NCBI RefSeq assembly: GCF_902713615.1 | Contig: NC_052149.1 | Span: forward strand, 143,507,383 to 143,571,382 | Reading direction: 5' to 3' | DNA length: 64,000 bases | Source: Scyliorhinus canicula | Lineage: Eukaryota | In this document: in pieces, positions 63,708-64,000 of the stretch | Layout: the number at the start of each line of letters is the position of its first letter | Numbering within the stretch: the stretch's first letter is position 1 | Notes under the pieces: model-generated | What the model was told of the DNA's origin: nothing | The model's input: the letters and a program-made list of their open reading frames with translations, nothing else | The model's database searches: none | Program-made: the position numbers and the translations under genes

Positions 63708-64000
63708 GTTTAACTGGTAATTGTAAACTATATTTTCTGTGCTTTTAAAGTTAGTTTAACATTATGTTAATAATGGAGTTTGTTTTTATACACTACATCC
63801 TATTTTGTGCGTGGAGTCACTCCTGGAGCGAAGTATCCTTTCCTCACAGATGTACAAATTTAAAACAATATTGGGGTTTCCGTCCGGTATCGTAGCAAAT
63901 GTTGGGTCTGGAACGGGATCATAATAAACCTTAACCAGCACCAGTCAACCAAAATATGGGAGCCGTGGTTATTGTAACGTGAAGGGTTAATATTAACAAT

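Overview
Vertebrate genomic DNA, most likely a shark: the repeats resemble HE1/V-SINEs, Deu-domain SINEs, CR1, Rex1 and Penelope elements known from elasmobranchs (recognised from memory, no search run). Two host genes lie on the minus strand in the conserved vertebrate order THG1L then LSM11. THG1L is complete: 6 coding exons between 4092 and 18140, 939 nt or 312 aa, with a probable mitochondrial presequence and a CpG-island promoter near 24 kb. Only the first coding exon of LSM11 (244-688) is in the window. A solitary 5S rRNA copy lies between the THG1L first coding exon and the CpG island. The remainder, especially 26-64 kb, is dense nested transposon debris. It includes an old Gypsy element split by CR1, Rex1, L1, solo-LTR and SINE insertions, plus a near full-length CR1, a Harbinger, a hAT and a Tc1/mariner-type MITE. 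The most unusual object is a complete 4.5-kb Gypsy-type element (45209-49706). It has no tRNA primer-binding site, and that position instead holds a 16-nt reverse complement of its own LTR poly(A)-signal region. Its RT motif reads YLDN rather than YxDD. Most ORFs in the supplied track are repeat-derived noise. Repeat boundaries are approximate unless TSDs or TIRs are quoted.
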